Positions 19,401 to 28,415 of a DNA stretch of 64,000 nt are shown in pieces; within the stretch, counting starts at the first letter, position 1; each line of letters opens with the position of its first letter. Both the position numbers and the translations under genes were made by a program. Source of the stretch: a virus (lineage: Duplodnaviria; Caudoviricetes); the IMG/VR virus record IMGVR_UViG_2706795722_000001, positions 1-64,000 of that record; one strand, written 5' to 3'. The notes beneath the pieces are model-generated. The model made no database searches. It was not told where the DNA came from and was given only the letters and a program-made list of their open reading frames with translations.

Positions 19401-22205
19401 TGGCAGGCGCTGTGGGATAGCTGGAGCACCAAGAGTGTTGAGGGTGTAGACAAGACCCTGACCGAGTGGGAGCGCCTCGCCGAGGGGCTCAACAACACGG
19501 TCGAGACTGGTATCAAGCCCGTCTTCGACAGCCTTGGCGAGATGCTCAAGCAGACCGAAGAGGGCTTCACCAAGTCTGTCGAGAACATCGGTACGGCTTG
19601 GGGTGGCCTCAAGGAGGGCACCGCCGCTCCGGTCCGCTTCACCGTGAACACGGTCTACAACGAGGGTCTTCTCGCAACCTGGAACGGTGTCGCTGATCTC
19701 ATCGGCGGCAACAAGATGAGCCCGATCTCGCTCAAGTTCCGCGACGGTGGTCCGGTGCGCGGACCTGGCACAGAGACCAGCGATTCGATCCCCGCGCTTC
19801 TGTCCAAGAATGAGTACGTGCTTAGCGCGGACGCTGTGCGCCGCGCCGGTGGCGTCGGTAATCTGAACAAGTTCAACTTCAGCAGCACCTCGCCACAAGG
19901 CATGTTCGGCATCGGCGGGCGTGGTCAGGTTATCCGTCGTGCGACGGGTGGTCCTGCCGATCCCGGCTCGCCTTCGCACGAGGCGCTCCAGCGCGGCTAC
20001 CTGTACGCTCGTAAGATCGCCCCCGGCCCCTACGTCCTCGGTGGCAGCTCGGGCGGCTCGAGCGCCAACGGTACGGACTGCTCCGGTTACCAGTCGGAGA
20101 TCGCAGACGTCATCATGGGCGGTCCAGGTGGTGCTCGCAAGTGGGCGACCGGCTCGTTCCCAGGCGGCGGCGGATCGCAGGGTTCTGTTGTCCGTATCGG
20201 TAATCAGACCTGGCTCAAGGGCCTCGGCGCAGGCCACTCGGTTGGCATCTCGGTCCCCCACGCGGCGGGCACCCTGGGCGGTGTTCCCGGCCTCCCGGCG
20301 GTGAACGTTGAGTCCGGCGGCGGAACCGGCCAGGGCGCTACGTTCGGCGGGCGCGCAACAGGCGCTGACGATCGTCAGTTCCCGACTCAGTACCACCTTG
20401 CTATCCTCGACTCGGCGTTCGTCTCGGGTGGCGGCGGCAGTGGCGCCTCGATGAAGGAAATTCTTGGTGGCATGGTCAAGCCTGGCCTCGACAAGATGAT
20501 GCAGCAGGCCAGCGACTACAGCGCCAATGCCAAGGGCTTCAACGGTCAGATTCCGAAGTTGGTTGCCGCCAAGTGGAACGAGACTACCCTCAAGAAGATC
20601 GAGGCAGAGTCTGCAAAGCTTGACGTCAGCGGCCCCGCTGCCGTTGGTGGCGTCGAGAGTGTCGAGCGCTGGCGTCCGATGGCGACCGCAGCCCTCAAGC
20701 GTAATGGATTCTTGGGCGACAAGCGCGACCAGGACCTCATGCTCAAGCAGATTATGACCGAGTCGGGTGGCCGACCTGGCGTTCTGCAGACGGTTCAGGA
20801 CGTCAACTCGGGAGGCAACGAGGCGCAGGGTCTGCTTCAGATCGTGCCCGGCACCTTCGCGGCCTACCGAGACCAGACGCTTCCGAACGACCGCACCGAC
20901 CCCTGGGCGAACATGAACGCTGCCCTGCGGTACTACAAGGACCGCTACGGCAACGACCTCGGTACGCACTGGGGCAAGGGCTTCGGTTACGACAGTGGTG
21001 GCTTCCTGCAGCCCGGCATCATCGGCAACTTCACCGGTGGAGTCGAGCCGGTTCTGACGCAGCAGCAGTGGAACGCGATGTACACTATCGCCGCCAACTC
21101 GCCACGACTGAACCAGCAGACGATGCAGGAGGCTGTCGAGCAGGCCAACGAGGAGACTGGCAACACCGACAAGAAGCAGACCGAAGCTGTCATCAAGGGC
21201 ATGGAGGTTTGGCAGGAGGCTTGGAAGCCGCTCGTCTTCGACGCAACCGAGAAGTCCACCAAGGCTTCCGAGGCTATGACGAAGGCTACCGTCGCCTCGA
21301 CCGGTTCCACTCAGATTCTCACTAAGAGTATCGGCAAGTGGGACACTACGGTCAAGGAGCTGTCGAAGGCGCTTACCCAGTTCTCGCAGTCGATGCAGCA
21401 GTCCATCCAGGTTCAGCAGGGTGGCGGCAGCGGCGGAAGCAGCTTCGGTACCATCAACTTCGGTGGAGTTAACGGTGCGGGCGGCGGCTCTGGTGCCAAT
21501 AGCGGCGGGTTCAGCATGAAGGCTCCCACCTTCGGCGCATGGGCTCCGATGCTTAACGTTATGGCCGACCTCCTCGAGGCCCTGCCGTACGCAGAGCGCA
21601 ACTGGCAAGCGGATAACCCGGTTCCCGGCGAGACGGAGAAGCAGCGCAAGCAGCGTATCGCGGCGAACAACCTCACGAACTTTGCCAAGGGTAGTTACAA
21701 CGTTGTCAAGGACGTTGGGCCTCCCGTCCTACGCCACACGGCCATTATCGGCAGTGCGGTGGAGAAGCTCGTGTACGAAGATGGCGAAGCCTGGAGTGCG
21801 GCGTTCGCGGCGATTGCCCAAAACAACCCTGCGGGTTACGCTATCGCAGTCCTGTTGGGTATTAAGACAGTCGCCACGCTCGCGCCTCTGATCCTGGCTG
21901 CGATCATGGATATTGTGCCCGCGCTAATCCGTGCTATTGTTAGGTTCCTAACCCAGTTCATGCCTGATTCGGTGTTCGCTTACGCCGATTTGGCAGCCGC
22001 CGAGAACGCAGTACTGGAGCAGCAGGAGGGCGGCGAGGTCGCGCAAGGCCAGGGCCGACGCTACCCGACTGAGGCGATGGTTAGCCCGAGCGGTAACGCC
22101 CCTGTCAACCTCTTTATCTACGGAGACCTCGAGATGCCGAACGTTAGCGATGGAAGCGACGCGAATGAGTTCGTCGACCAGCTCCGACTGTTGGCGAGCA
22201 AGTAA
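13467..22205 (+). CDS. Tape measure protein (2912 aa) with cell-wall hydrolase domains
   Basis: TMP_TP901-like N-terminal core, Trp/Ala helical repeats, GTDCSG (NlpC/P60-like) motif and lytic transglycosylase motifs (ESGG...GLLQIVPGTF...NMNAALRYY). Confidence 0.95.
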   Translation: MNSAATNILITAQAAQAVATLNRVQAQLRALQISAKTAQASSNGSWFGTMAAGQGRITATQASLRGFIASTNTANAASNRPWFASMTAAGSRLQWIGKQLTMNVTAPLLLAAGAGVKFGLDMEKSMTRLKKVYGDGSMSAKQQTNEVKALEKAMIALSDTYGVASSEVANVAADWAAAGSSGKALADQTKLTLEAMILGEMDAEEATKSLIAIQAQWGAVTETTSDKLDKNGKIIQKVANDKLSLTTILRQLNAVENETGTSMQDLVTAFSKASGVAKTVGLDTAHLAAMVAALVPAAGSATEAGNGLKTMLTRVMNPTRASRQVLEAMGIQLESAGWQSLNAAQRLEMLSEKFGGLTQAQKIQASALVASVWQINKFEVLMDSMRNKMGYYHKSLALLADQDRVAAIAQKELNAVLESSPQRAKQAGAIIKNSLMKAMEPLIPVIIQVALWFGKLFRAFSEISPSVRSLIVLILLVAAALGPMIVMMGLLKLSIGQLAPIFMALGRVLLLPLAPLKLLTIGFWATALRSVAMARVLLGVVTAIKGFALAMAAVAAIASPVWAAMLAGTVAAGKAIVAAWRLAWASLIGIQLAAGIVLTTRQKIMLAAMLTAQILWNRASIAAQKAWAVASYAVQYAYAAVMMTIQSAWAAAMILKTAAMHVALMSAQAAGQVAQLALQRSWAAASLVITTTWAAAQVWLTIAWREASVAAQTAAYLVMLGLQKAWAAASLLLQASTWRKIIAITMAGSKGMAAAALAGGRLLLAALASPWLLAIGVVVGLIVMFRKQISAAFNNIVNYFRNLPAETAKGLSPLTNIFVRAKNAIVGAFNALPAGVKNALLAVVRIVRAAAMKVYELFSYINPFAHHSPSLVENVTNGMAEVNKQFTNSASVAKRAISEMHGSIRSLEGLGSGLKASNEQADRDKVASNAGKAGVGNAMGEYDRLNSQVKASKAELERMNVAIEAQEAKLKSVKAGVEAYDAALEKMNSELATTESIQQDVSRALDAAKARYDRFANAQIKGMGAAEDAIFANTMAQKRLQLQIAKMKQANPGIDNLTDSYSKLQGSIEELTAKQKELREGGAGSDVLGEYDKMIAELKGQQGDVMGGQLDGPAGKLKELNEQLENLQSQAEIMDLEKSLQFDSLNRNIEKFKNNVEELPYGQIMQGMDSSRTSVNNLQYAYDSLGIVIDGQKAKIADTQAARDALQKTYDAENTKLEKVKETYQALEEAIRSGEQAMQDFASQAEQAVQRQEEAAQAAEKAAKAGKGGKGGGGSDPSNALQNFEDAAAGDFPTFGGKDTIGREGGLGDQSSQIDQFTKSITDGLETSLGGLNPFAPLMKWWDNTVNWFKGMMGPFGDIFSGIGEGIRVAFSSDDTGAVSGFGQTIQTVKDSLSGFWDTLKTIGSLIGGLFGPDLMTSISEFGNGFADIWGKISGPLKDLGAEVMPFIKAAFEALTPVIGIFVAALEVIWEVINGAIGPVFTWLGDIIKSIIQIITGVVKIITGVINVVVGLVKTVIGVIKGIFTGDWSTAIEGLKQLFVDGFGKIFSGIWDIVKGIFGAIWSTIKNFVALIINTIYGFIKGVIDFFTELWDVLVGHSIIPDMVTAIIEWFFKLPGTLLGLVGDLVVNIITFFISLPLKILAGLGELGSLLGEWLGKAWTWLQENAPRLAEGFMQWVRDFPKNFITGLGFFGDKLGEWLGKAWTWLQENAPNLIAGFLGFMAKIPGFILEKLGQPAGMLLQYGKDMIQGLLDGAGSLLKDIGKFMLDKLPGWIKEPFKKAMGIASPSKVFKGYGENIGEGLVLGMDGQQKQVEDSSKALAAAADTGPIGISAAPDTSSVTGAMDAVAKQAAAAPAATATIDAQAGAVAAADPSQLNLDSTTAELDAFIADSTAKLAAFNAQVTGSMVAMAEAIAAAFKAIETSASTSFTALAGTGVSQFTTMQTTLVAIVTKMVADIAAQLQSLLEQVKAFTTQFAAAWQALWDSWSTKSVEGVDKTLTEWERLAEGLNNTVETGIKPVFDSLGEMLKQTEEGFTKSVENIGTAWGGLKEGTAAPVRFTVNTVYNEGLLATWNGVADLIGGNKMSPISLKFRDGGPVRGPGTETSDSIPALLSKNEYVLSADAVRRAGGVGNLNKFNFSSTSPQGMFGIGGRGQVIRRATGGPADPGSPSHEALQRGYLYARKIAPGPYVLGGSSGGSSANGTDCSGYQSEIADVIMGGPGGARKWATGSFPGGGGSQGSVVRIGNQTWLKGLGAGHSVGISVPHAAGTLGGVPGLPAVNVESGGGTGQGATFGGRATGADDRQFPTQYHLAILDSAFVSGGGGSGASMKEILGGMVKPGLDKMMQQASDYSANAKGFNGQIPKLVAAKWNETTLKKIEAESAKLDVSGPAAVGGVESVERWRPMATAALKRNGFLGDKRDQDLMLKQIMTESGGRPGVLQTVQDVNSGGNEAQGLLQIVPGTFAAYRDQTLPNDRTDPWANMNAALRYYKDRYGNDLGTHWGKGFGYDSGGFLQPGIIGNFTGGVEPVLTQQQWNAMYTIAANSPRLNQQTMQEAVEQANEETGNTDKKQTEAVIKGMEVWQEAWKPLVFDATEKSTKASEAMTKATVASTGSTQILTKSIGKWDTTVKELSKALTQFSQSMQQSIQVQQGGGSGGSSFGTINFGGVNGAGGGSGANSGGFSMKAPTFGAWAPMLNVMADLLEALPYAERNWQADNPVPGETEKQRKQRIAANNLTNFAKGSYNVVKDVGPPVLRHTAIIGSAVEKLVYEDGEAWSAAFAAIAQNNPAGYAIAVLLGIKTVATLAPLILAAIMDIVPALIRAIVRFLTQFMPDSVFAYADLAAAENAVLEQQEGGEVAQGQGRRYPTEAMVSPSGNAPVNLFIYGDLEMPNVSDGSDANEFVDQLRLLASK

Positions 22206-24736
22206 TGGCTAGGCTGATTCATCGACCCAACCAGGCGGTCGATTACGGAACCGTCGAGACTAACGGCTCGGGCAACGTCCTCGGCGACGGCGACAATAAC
22301 ACTCGTAAGCAGTACTACGAAGATTCGGGCAGTATCCTGCTGTACCCGACCTTCGACCCGCTGCTGGTGCCCGACGGGCGAGTCATCCTCGCGGTCAAGC
22401 CCGGCCTTGTGCAGCAGAACGGCGGATCGCTGATCCTGCTGCACAACGGCTGGGTCATGGGGTACCTGCGCATTAACAATCAGCGCGTCGGCAAGTCGCG
22501 TATCTACCGTCAGGACGGATACAGCACGACCCCTCGCGCCATCGAGGGCGCGCCGATCTACAACACCGGACTCGCTCCCTGGCGGGCAGTCGACATCGAC
22601 AAGATGACCACCGATGTCGGCTCCCCCACGGGAGAGTTCGGCCCGAACACCAAGAAGCTTTGGTGTATCTGCAATGAGTCATACATCGTTCTCGTCATTG
22701 ACGACGACGTTGTTACTCCGTCGATCAACTACCCTGCTGACGGCGCGATCATCAACACTTCGTCTGTCGACTTCAAGGGTAACGTTAACGTCACCCAGGA
22801 AGAGCAGCCGGTAGCGTGCGTGTTCCAGGTCTGTCGTACCGAGTTCTTCGATGACGAAACGGTGGACACCTTCATCGGTGGTCTGGTACAGAAGAGTGGT
22901 GACACGAGCAACTACGACTCTGTCGTGAACCGTCCGAGCTACACTCGCCTCGGTCCCGGCAAGTGGTACATTCGAGTCAAGGCGAAGGACTACCGAGGAA
23001 CCGAGTCGGAGTGGGGCGATACCACTTCATTCACGATCGTTCACGGACCTCTTCCTGTTCCTGTTCCGAACAACCCTGGCCCTGATGTCACCAAGAACAC
23101 GCCTTACGGATACCGCGAGGCGGTTCTCCAGACGACTCCATCGGGCGACCGGTACGTCGGCATCGACTGGCAGTTCTGTCAGAATCCCGACTTCGCCACA
23201 GGTCCGGTGATTGAGTGGCGCAACAATGCTGTAGGTCGCTACAACGCTGGCCCTGTCGGTTACACCGCTGATCCGAGCCCCGACGTCAAGCCGGGACTCA
23301 ACAGCGAGAAGGTCTCTACCGGAGACCCGGATCAGTATCTCGTTCAGGGCGAGTGGTATGTCCGAGCTCGCGCGGTGGACGTTTGGAACCAGACGGGCGA
23401 CTGGTCTGCGGGACATAAGTTTGTCGTCTCGCACCCGCCCGTGGTTCAGCAGCCGTGGCCGAGCGGTGATCGAGGCTTCGATGATGACGCTTACCCTGTG
23501 CGGTGGACCTTCGGCGACCCCTGGAAGGGTGACACGCAGAGTGCCTACCAGGTGATCGTGCGAGACCCTGCCGCGAACATCTTGCACGACAGCGGCAAGG
23601 TCGTCAGCCCGTTCACCACCGCCAAGGTGAGCATCGGCGACGAGTGGAAGGAGCAAATCCTCGGTCTGTCGATTCAGATCTGGGACAAGGATGGCGTGCC
23701 ATCGCTCGTCTGGACCGGCACCTTTCGTCACTCGACCGCACCGAAGATCACCCTGCCGTACCCGGCACCGGACGAGGAGATTATCACAGGTCAGCCCGAC
23801 CTGTCTTGGTCTGTCGAGTACGCGCCGGGACAGAGTCAGAAGTCCTACCACATCGCGTTCATTCGACGTGACAAGGGCACGATTGAGTGGAAGAGTGACA
23901 TCACTCAGAGTGCCGCTACCACTTGGCACGCGCCGACAGCGATCCTCAAGAACGTGTCTCTGTACCAGCTCGCACTGACTATCGTGGATACGCAGGACTT
24001 GGGTACGACGCTTCTGCGTAACTTCAGCACGAACTACGTGCGGCCTCCGACGATCTACTGCTCGGCGTACGCGACGGACTACGAGGAGAACGGCTACGTC
24101 TCGATTCTGTGGCCCGACACCTCGGTAGACCCTCAGTTCATCGAGTTCCGCCTCTACCGGAAGAACGTCGATGTCGAGGGTTCCGAGTGGGAGCAGATCG
24201 GAACGGTTGCCGATCCTGAGGTGTGGCAGTTCCGTGACTGGTCTACCTCCGGTCCATACCGCTACAAGTACGCGATTACTCAGGTTGTCATGCTATACGG
24301 AGCGCTCGTCGAGTCTCTCCCTGACGAGTATGGCGATGTTGTGCAGGTCGTGTCGAGTCACTACTGGCTCATTCTGCCCGACAACGAAGAACTGAACACC
24401 AAGCTCTACCATGTCACTGACGACAAGTACAGCTCGAAGATCGAAACGAGCTCGCACGTCATCATGGGCGGCGGTGGAGCTCGAGTGGTGTATGGTTCGC
24501 CTATCGGCATCGAGGGTTCACTCACCGCCCAGGTGCGCGGAGCCTCGCCGCTCAACGTCAAGCAGCAGCGCGAGCGTATTCTGCGTATCCAGTTCGAGAT
24601 GGGGTACTGCTACCTGCGCGACCCGTTCGGCAACTACACCAAGGTTGCAATCGGCGAGATTGCTGTGGCTCGTATGCCTGGCGTCGGCATCAACGAGTTC
24701 GTGGACATCGAGGTGCCTTACATGGAGGTGAAGTAA
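22205..24736 (+). CDS. Minor tail protein with multiple FN3/Ig-like repeats (distal-tail position)
   Basis: Repeated G.WY.RV.A.D....S.W motifs; C-terminal YLRDPFG. Confidence 0.75.
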   Translation: MARLIHRPNQAVDYGTVETNGSGNVLGDGDNNTRKQYYEDSGSILLYPTFDPLLVPDGRVILAVKPGLVQQNGGSLILLHNGWVMGYLRINNQRVGKSRIYRQDGYSTTPRAIEGAPIYNTGLAPWRAVDIDKMTTDVGSPTGEFGPNTKKLWCICNESYIVLVIDDDVVTPSINYPADGAIINTSSVDFKGNVNVTQEEQPVACVFQVCRTEFFDDETVDTFIGGLVQKSGDTSNYDSVVNRPSYTRLGPGKWYIRVKAKDYRGTESEWGDTTSFTIVHGPLPVPVPNNPGPDVTKNTPYGYREAVLQTTPSGDRYVGIDWQFCQNPDFATGPVIEWRNNAVGRYNAGPVGYTADPSPDVKPGLNSEKVSTGDPDQYLVQGEWYVRARAVDVWNQTGDWSAGHKFVVSHPPVVQQPWPSGDRGFDDDAYPVRWTFGDPWKGDTQSAYQVIVRDPAANILHDSGKVVSPFTTAKVSIGDEWKEQILGLSIQIWDKDGVPSLVWTGTFRHSTAPKITLPYPAPDEEIITGQPDLSWSVEYAPGQSQKSYHIAFIRRDKGTIEWKSDITQSAATTWHAPTAILKNVSLYQLALTIVDTQDLGTTLLRNFSTNYVRPPTIYCSAYATDYEENGYVSILWPDTSVDPQFIEFRLYRKNVDVEGSEWEQIGTVADPEVWQFRDWSTSGPYRYKYAITQVVMLYGALVESLPDEYGDVVQVVSSHYWLILPDNEELNTKLYHVTDDKYSSKIETSSHVIMGGGGARVVYGSPIGIEGSLTAQVRGASPLNVKQQRERILRIQFEMGYCYLRDPFGNYTKVAIGEIAVARMPGVGINEFVDIEVPYMEVK

Positions 24737-26484
24737 TGCCGCTCCCGCCCCGGCCTGATATTCAGGCGGCATTCCTCGCACCCGTCGTAAATATCACTCG
24801 CCGCATCGAGATCTACGAGCAGGACGGCACGACGCCCTGGCGTCAGGACCTGTGGCCCGACCTCCTGGTCGGCGGTAACATCAATCTTGATTACGACCGA
24901 GACGAGCGTCGCACGATGGATTGCGAGCTCGACAATGTCAATCAAGATCTCAATCCAGAGGCGGGCAAGCTCTGGTACGACAAGCGGTTCAAGCTGTTCT
25001 ACGGCATTCGTCTCGACCAGGATGATCGAGGCGTCAAGGTCGCCATTGTGGAGCAGAACCTTGCGGACGGGCAAGCGTTCGAGCTCAAGAAGCATCTGTC
25101 CGCGAATGGGATTAGCGAGGTTCACTACCTCCCTACGGCTACGGAATATGAGCAGGTCGAGAACTATGACGTGCTAGTGGCGGTTTCGAGCACCCAGTTG
25201 CAGAAGACTCAGTTCCTGAGCCAGTGTTACAACAGGGGCAAGGGAATCGTGACGTTCTCGATGGATCAAGCGTTCGGGTCGTTGCCCGCGCTCATCGGGA
25301 ACGCGGGCACGGGCACCGTCGTATCGGGCGGTGATCGCGTCTACGCTCCATCGGCTACCGGTTCGGGTGTGTCGATAGGGTGGGACGATTGGAGTACGGA
25401 TTCGGACACTCCGTATCGTAAGATTCTAGCACCAGCGTCTGGTGCAAAGATCGCCGCGATCATGGAGGACGACAACGGTCAGTCTGTGAGCGCGGTATCC
25501 CGCGAGGACACAGACGGTCGACGATGGGTACACTGTGTGGCATCAGACTTCACCGAGGATGCACTGCCGGATGGGTACGAAGAGTTCGGAAGGTTTGTCA
25601 GCAGGGCAGTTACTTGGACGTCTGCTTACGAGGCGCTCGAGGAATGGGAGATTCAGCTCGGCGAGTTCATGGCCGACTCTATCTCACTGGGGCAGTCGTA
25701 CTCGACTATCTCGGTCAACGGCCGGGACTTGACAAAGATGTGCCAGCAGTCGAAGTTCGTAGTCTCGACGACATTCAAGGCGAAGACGCCTATCGAGAGT
25801 GTTATCAAGACTGTGGCAACGAATGCAGGTATCTCAAAGTTTAAGCTACCCATCACAGACAAGATCCTTGACAAGGACATGACCTGGGAGCGTGGAACCT
25901 CCCGTTGGGATGTGATTCGAGATGTTTCACACAGCAACAATTATGAGGTATTCTTCGATAACGAAGGTTACCTGTTCATGCGCGAGTTTCGCGATCCACT
26001 CCTCACTCCGCCTACTCTTGAGCTTAGCGCTGGTTTGGGAGGTAATCTCATCTCGCGTGGAGGGAAGACCTCTGACAGCCAGCTTTTTAATCATATCGTT
26101 GTTGTTGGTGAATCTTCTGATTCATCGACTCCACCTGTGTATGCAGAGGCGATTAATACTACGCCGACTTCACCTACAAGCGTTGCCGAGATCGGTGATC
26201 GCGTAGCTGTTACAACCCTCAGCATGATTACTACAATTCAGCAGGCACAGAAGTATGCCAACACCCTCCTGGCCGTGTCGGCACTCGAGGAGTTTGAGCT
26301 TGACTTCGAGGCAACTATGCTTCCCTGGATTGAGGCTGGCGACATCTTGGAGATGAAGAGGTCGGATAGCCGTTACTGGGGACCGGATCGGTACCTACTT
26401 ACGAATCTGTCATTTCCCTTAGATCTGACGCCTATGTCTGGCAATGGGAAACGAATCGAAAAGGTAGAGGCGGCTGATAGCTAA
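24736..26484 (+). CDS. Baseplate hub/Tal-like minor tail protein (DUF5047-like) with inserted domain
   Basis: RTMDCEL...KLFYGIRL and EWEIQLGEF...NGRD.TK, TWERGTSRWD, FFDNEGYL, LFNHIVVVGE motifs. Confidence 0.75.
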   Translation: MPLPPRPDIQAAFLAPVVNITRRIEIYEQDGTTPWRQDLWPDLLVGGNINLDYDRDERRTMDCELDNVNQDLNPEAGKLWYDKRFKLFYGIRLDQDDRGVKVAIVEQNLADGQAFELKKHLSANGISEVHYLPTATEYEQVENYDVLVAVSSTQLQKTQFLSQCYNRGKGIVTFSMDQAFGSLPALIGNAGTGTVVSGGDRVYAPSATGSGVSIGWDDWSTDSDTPYRKILAPASGAKIAAIMEDDNGQSVSAVSREDTDGRRWVHCVASDFTEDALPDGYEEFGRFVSRAVTWTSAYEALEEWEIQLGEFMADSISLGQSYSTISVNGRDLTKMCQQSKFVVSTTFKAKTPIESVIKTVATNAGISKFKLPITDKILDKDMTWERGTSRWDVIRDVSHSNNYEVFFDNEGYLFMREFRDPLLTPPTLELSAGLGGNLISRGGKTSDSQLFNHIVVVGESSDSSTPPVYAEAINTTPTSPTSVAEIGDRVAVTTLSMITTIQQAQKYANTLLAVSALEEFELDFEATMLPWIEAGDILEMKRSDSRYWGPDRYLLTNLSFPLDLTPMSGNGKRIEKVEAADS

Positions 26485-28415
26485 TGGCTACAGGCTTTGG
26501 CGAATGGGCGAACACAGTTCAGGCTCATAAGGTTATCACCCAGATTGCGGCCAACGAGGTTAATCGCCTTCGGCCCGCGTCTCGTCTGGCCGAGGTAACT
26601 TCGATTGACACGCTCGACAAGTCGGTCATGGTTAAGTTTGTCGGCGAGAGCAACGAGGTTCGTGTACCATATACCTCCACTTCTCCTGCGAACACCGGCC
26701 AGTACGTCCGCGTCGGCGGGACAATGCACGACAGGCATGTTGAGGATGTCGTAGGAACTACGGCGACCGAGGCGCGCCTTGCCGACACCGAGAATCACGT
26801 TGACTCGCTCATGTCCAGCATCCTGGGTAACGAGTGGGCGAGCGAGGACGATGGAGAGTCGGGAAGCTTTATAGACCGCATCACCAACTTCTTTGGTGGC
26901 CTCGGTGGCAATAACGAAGATCTGCTCAGCCTCATTGGGGCGCTTGCGGACAACCCGCTCGGCACGATCAATGACGCCAAGAACAAGATCAAGAGTATGC
27001 TGGAGTCGGCATTCGGTCTGATCGACCCGAGTCGAATCCCGCTGCTGCCTGCCTCGCACATCGGCAAGGCCGAGCCTGACATCCTGGCGAACTACACTTT
27101 TGACAGTGCGATCACCATCGACACCACTGGAGCTTGGGAGTGGGACGAGACGGTCGGCCACAGCGCGCCTGGTTCCGCTCGAACCATCGGAAACGGAACC
27201 AGGCGTGTTCTGACTTCGGTCCCCATCAAGGTGGACAAGCTACAGAAACTCGATGTAGCCGGGTGGGTGAAGTGGCAGAGTGTCACTGCCGTCGGTAACG
27301 CTTTTCAGATTGTCATTCTCGCGTCCGACGACATCTCGCCTGTGTCAGAGACTGTGGTCCAGTCGATCACCAATCCGGCAGCGAATGGTGACTGGACCAA
27401 GATGTCTGGCCAGTATGTGGTGCCCGAAGGCATCACGTCAGTCCGAGTCAGGCTTGTTGTTACCTCGACGACCACTGTCGGCACAGTCTGGTTCGATGAC
27501 ATGTCGATGAGCAAGATCAACGAGGTCCGACAGGGTCTCATCGAGAACCTTATCCCCGATCTGTCTGGACTGTGGGGCAACTTCACGAGTGTCTTCGAGA
27601 AGATAACCGGAGTCCTCGGCGCGGGGCCGATGCAGCTACAGCAGTGGATTGGACAGCTCAAGAACATTCTGTCGGGGGTCGCCATCCCTGGCGGGGACCT
27701 GTTTCCGACTCTGTCGCAAGCGATCAACGGTGCGATCAGTAACGTTCAGACGTTTTCCCAGAATCTGCTCAACGGCATCCTCAGTGGCATCCGAAAGATT
27801 CCGGTTGTTGGCGGCTCGATTGCAGATGTCATTTCGGAGCTCACTGGACTCAAAGACACCACCCAGACGGCGGTGGATGCTGCAGGAACTGCGCAGACGA
27901 CTGCTGACATGGCGCATGTCGCGGCAGACAATGCGGTCTCGACTGCAGTTGATACCGTCAAGCAGGGACTCAACAACGCGGGTCCGCAGGCAGCTCCGAT
28001 TCAGAGTGCACTCAAGTCGTTCATTGACCTTATCTTCGGTTCGGGTACCTCGTCCGGATCGACTCCGATTGTTCGGTGGTCGCAGGAGGTTCTGCTCTGT
28101 TCGAGTCCGGTGATCGTGGGCTTCAATGACATTCCGCTTGGATTCCAGTCCCCGTACGGCGCAACCATTACTTCGATCAACGCGCGCACATCTGACCACC
28201 TCAGCACCGGGGCCGGATCGAAGGTTGTCATGCAGATTCGCAAGAACGGCACGACGATCCACACGATTACCTGGAACGGCGGCAGCAACACTTACAACTC
28301 GGGAGCGCTGAATCTTACCGGAATCAACGTTAACGACGTGATTACCTTCTATGTCACTGAGGCCAGTTCGCAGATGGCTAACATGTCGGTGACAGTGGCA
28401 GGGAAGTACAACTAA
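26484..28415 (+). CDS. Minor tail protein with carbohydrate-binding-like module
   Basis: WTKMSGQYVVPEGITSVRVRL...VWFDD jelly-roll (CBM4/9-like) pattern common in actinophage minor tails. Confidence 0.7.
   Translation: MATGFGEWANTVQAHKVITQIAANEVNRLRPASRLAEVTSIDTLDKSVMVKFVGESNEVRVPYTSTSPANTGQYVRVGGTMHDRHVEDVVGTTATEARLADTENHVDSLMSSILGNEWASEDDGESGSFIDRITNFFGGLGGNNEDLLSLIGALADNPLGTINDAKNKIKSMLESAFGLIDPSRIPLLPASHIGKAEPDILANYTFDSAITIDTTGAWEWDETVGHSAPGSARTIGNGTRRVLTSVPIKVDKLQKLDVAGWVKWQSVTAVGNAFQIVILASDDISPVSETVVQSITNPAANGDWTKMSGQYVVPEGITSVRVRLVVTSTTTVGTVWFDDMSMSKINEVRQGLIENLIPDLSGLWGNFTSVFEKITGVLGAGPMQLQQWIGQLKNILSGVAIPGGDLFPTLSQAINGAISNVQTFSQNLLNGILSGIRKIPVVGGSIADVISELTGLKDTTQTAVDAAGTAQTTADMAHVAADNAVSTAVDTVKQGLNNAGPQAAPIQSALKSFIDLIFGSGTSSGSTPIVRWSQEVLLCSSPVIVGFNDIPLGFQSPYGATITSINARTSDHLSTGAGSKVVMQIRKNGTTIHTITWNGGSNTYNSGALNLTGINVNDVITFYVTEASSQMANMSVTVAGKYN

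Noticed and set aside
3517-21608. Long antisense ORFs (e.g. 3517..5031, 5997..7829, 7510..8841, 19356..21608)
   Set aside because: Shadow frames opposite strongly GC3-biased structural genes, with no RBS or motifs.
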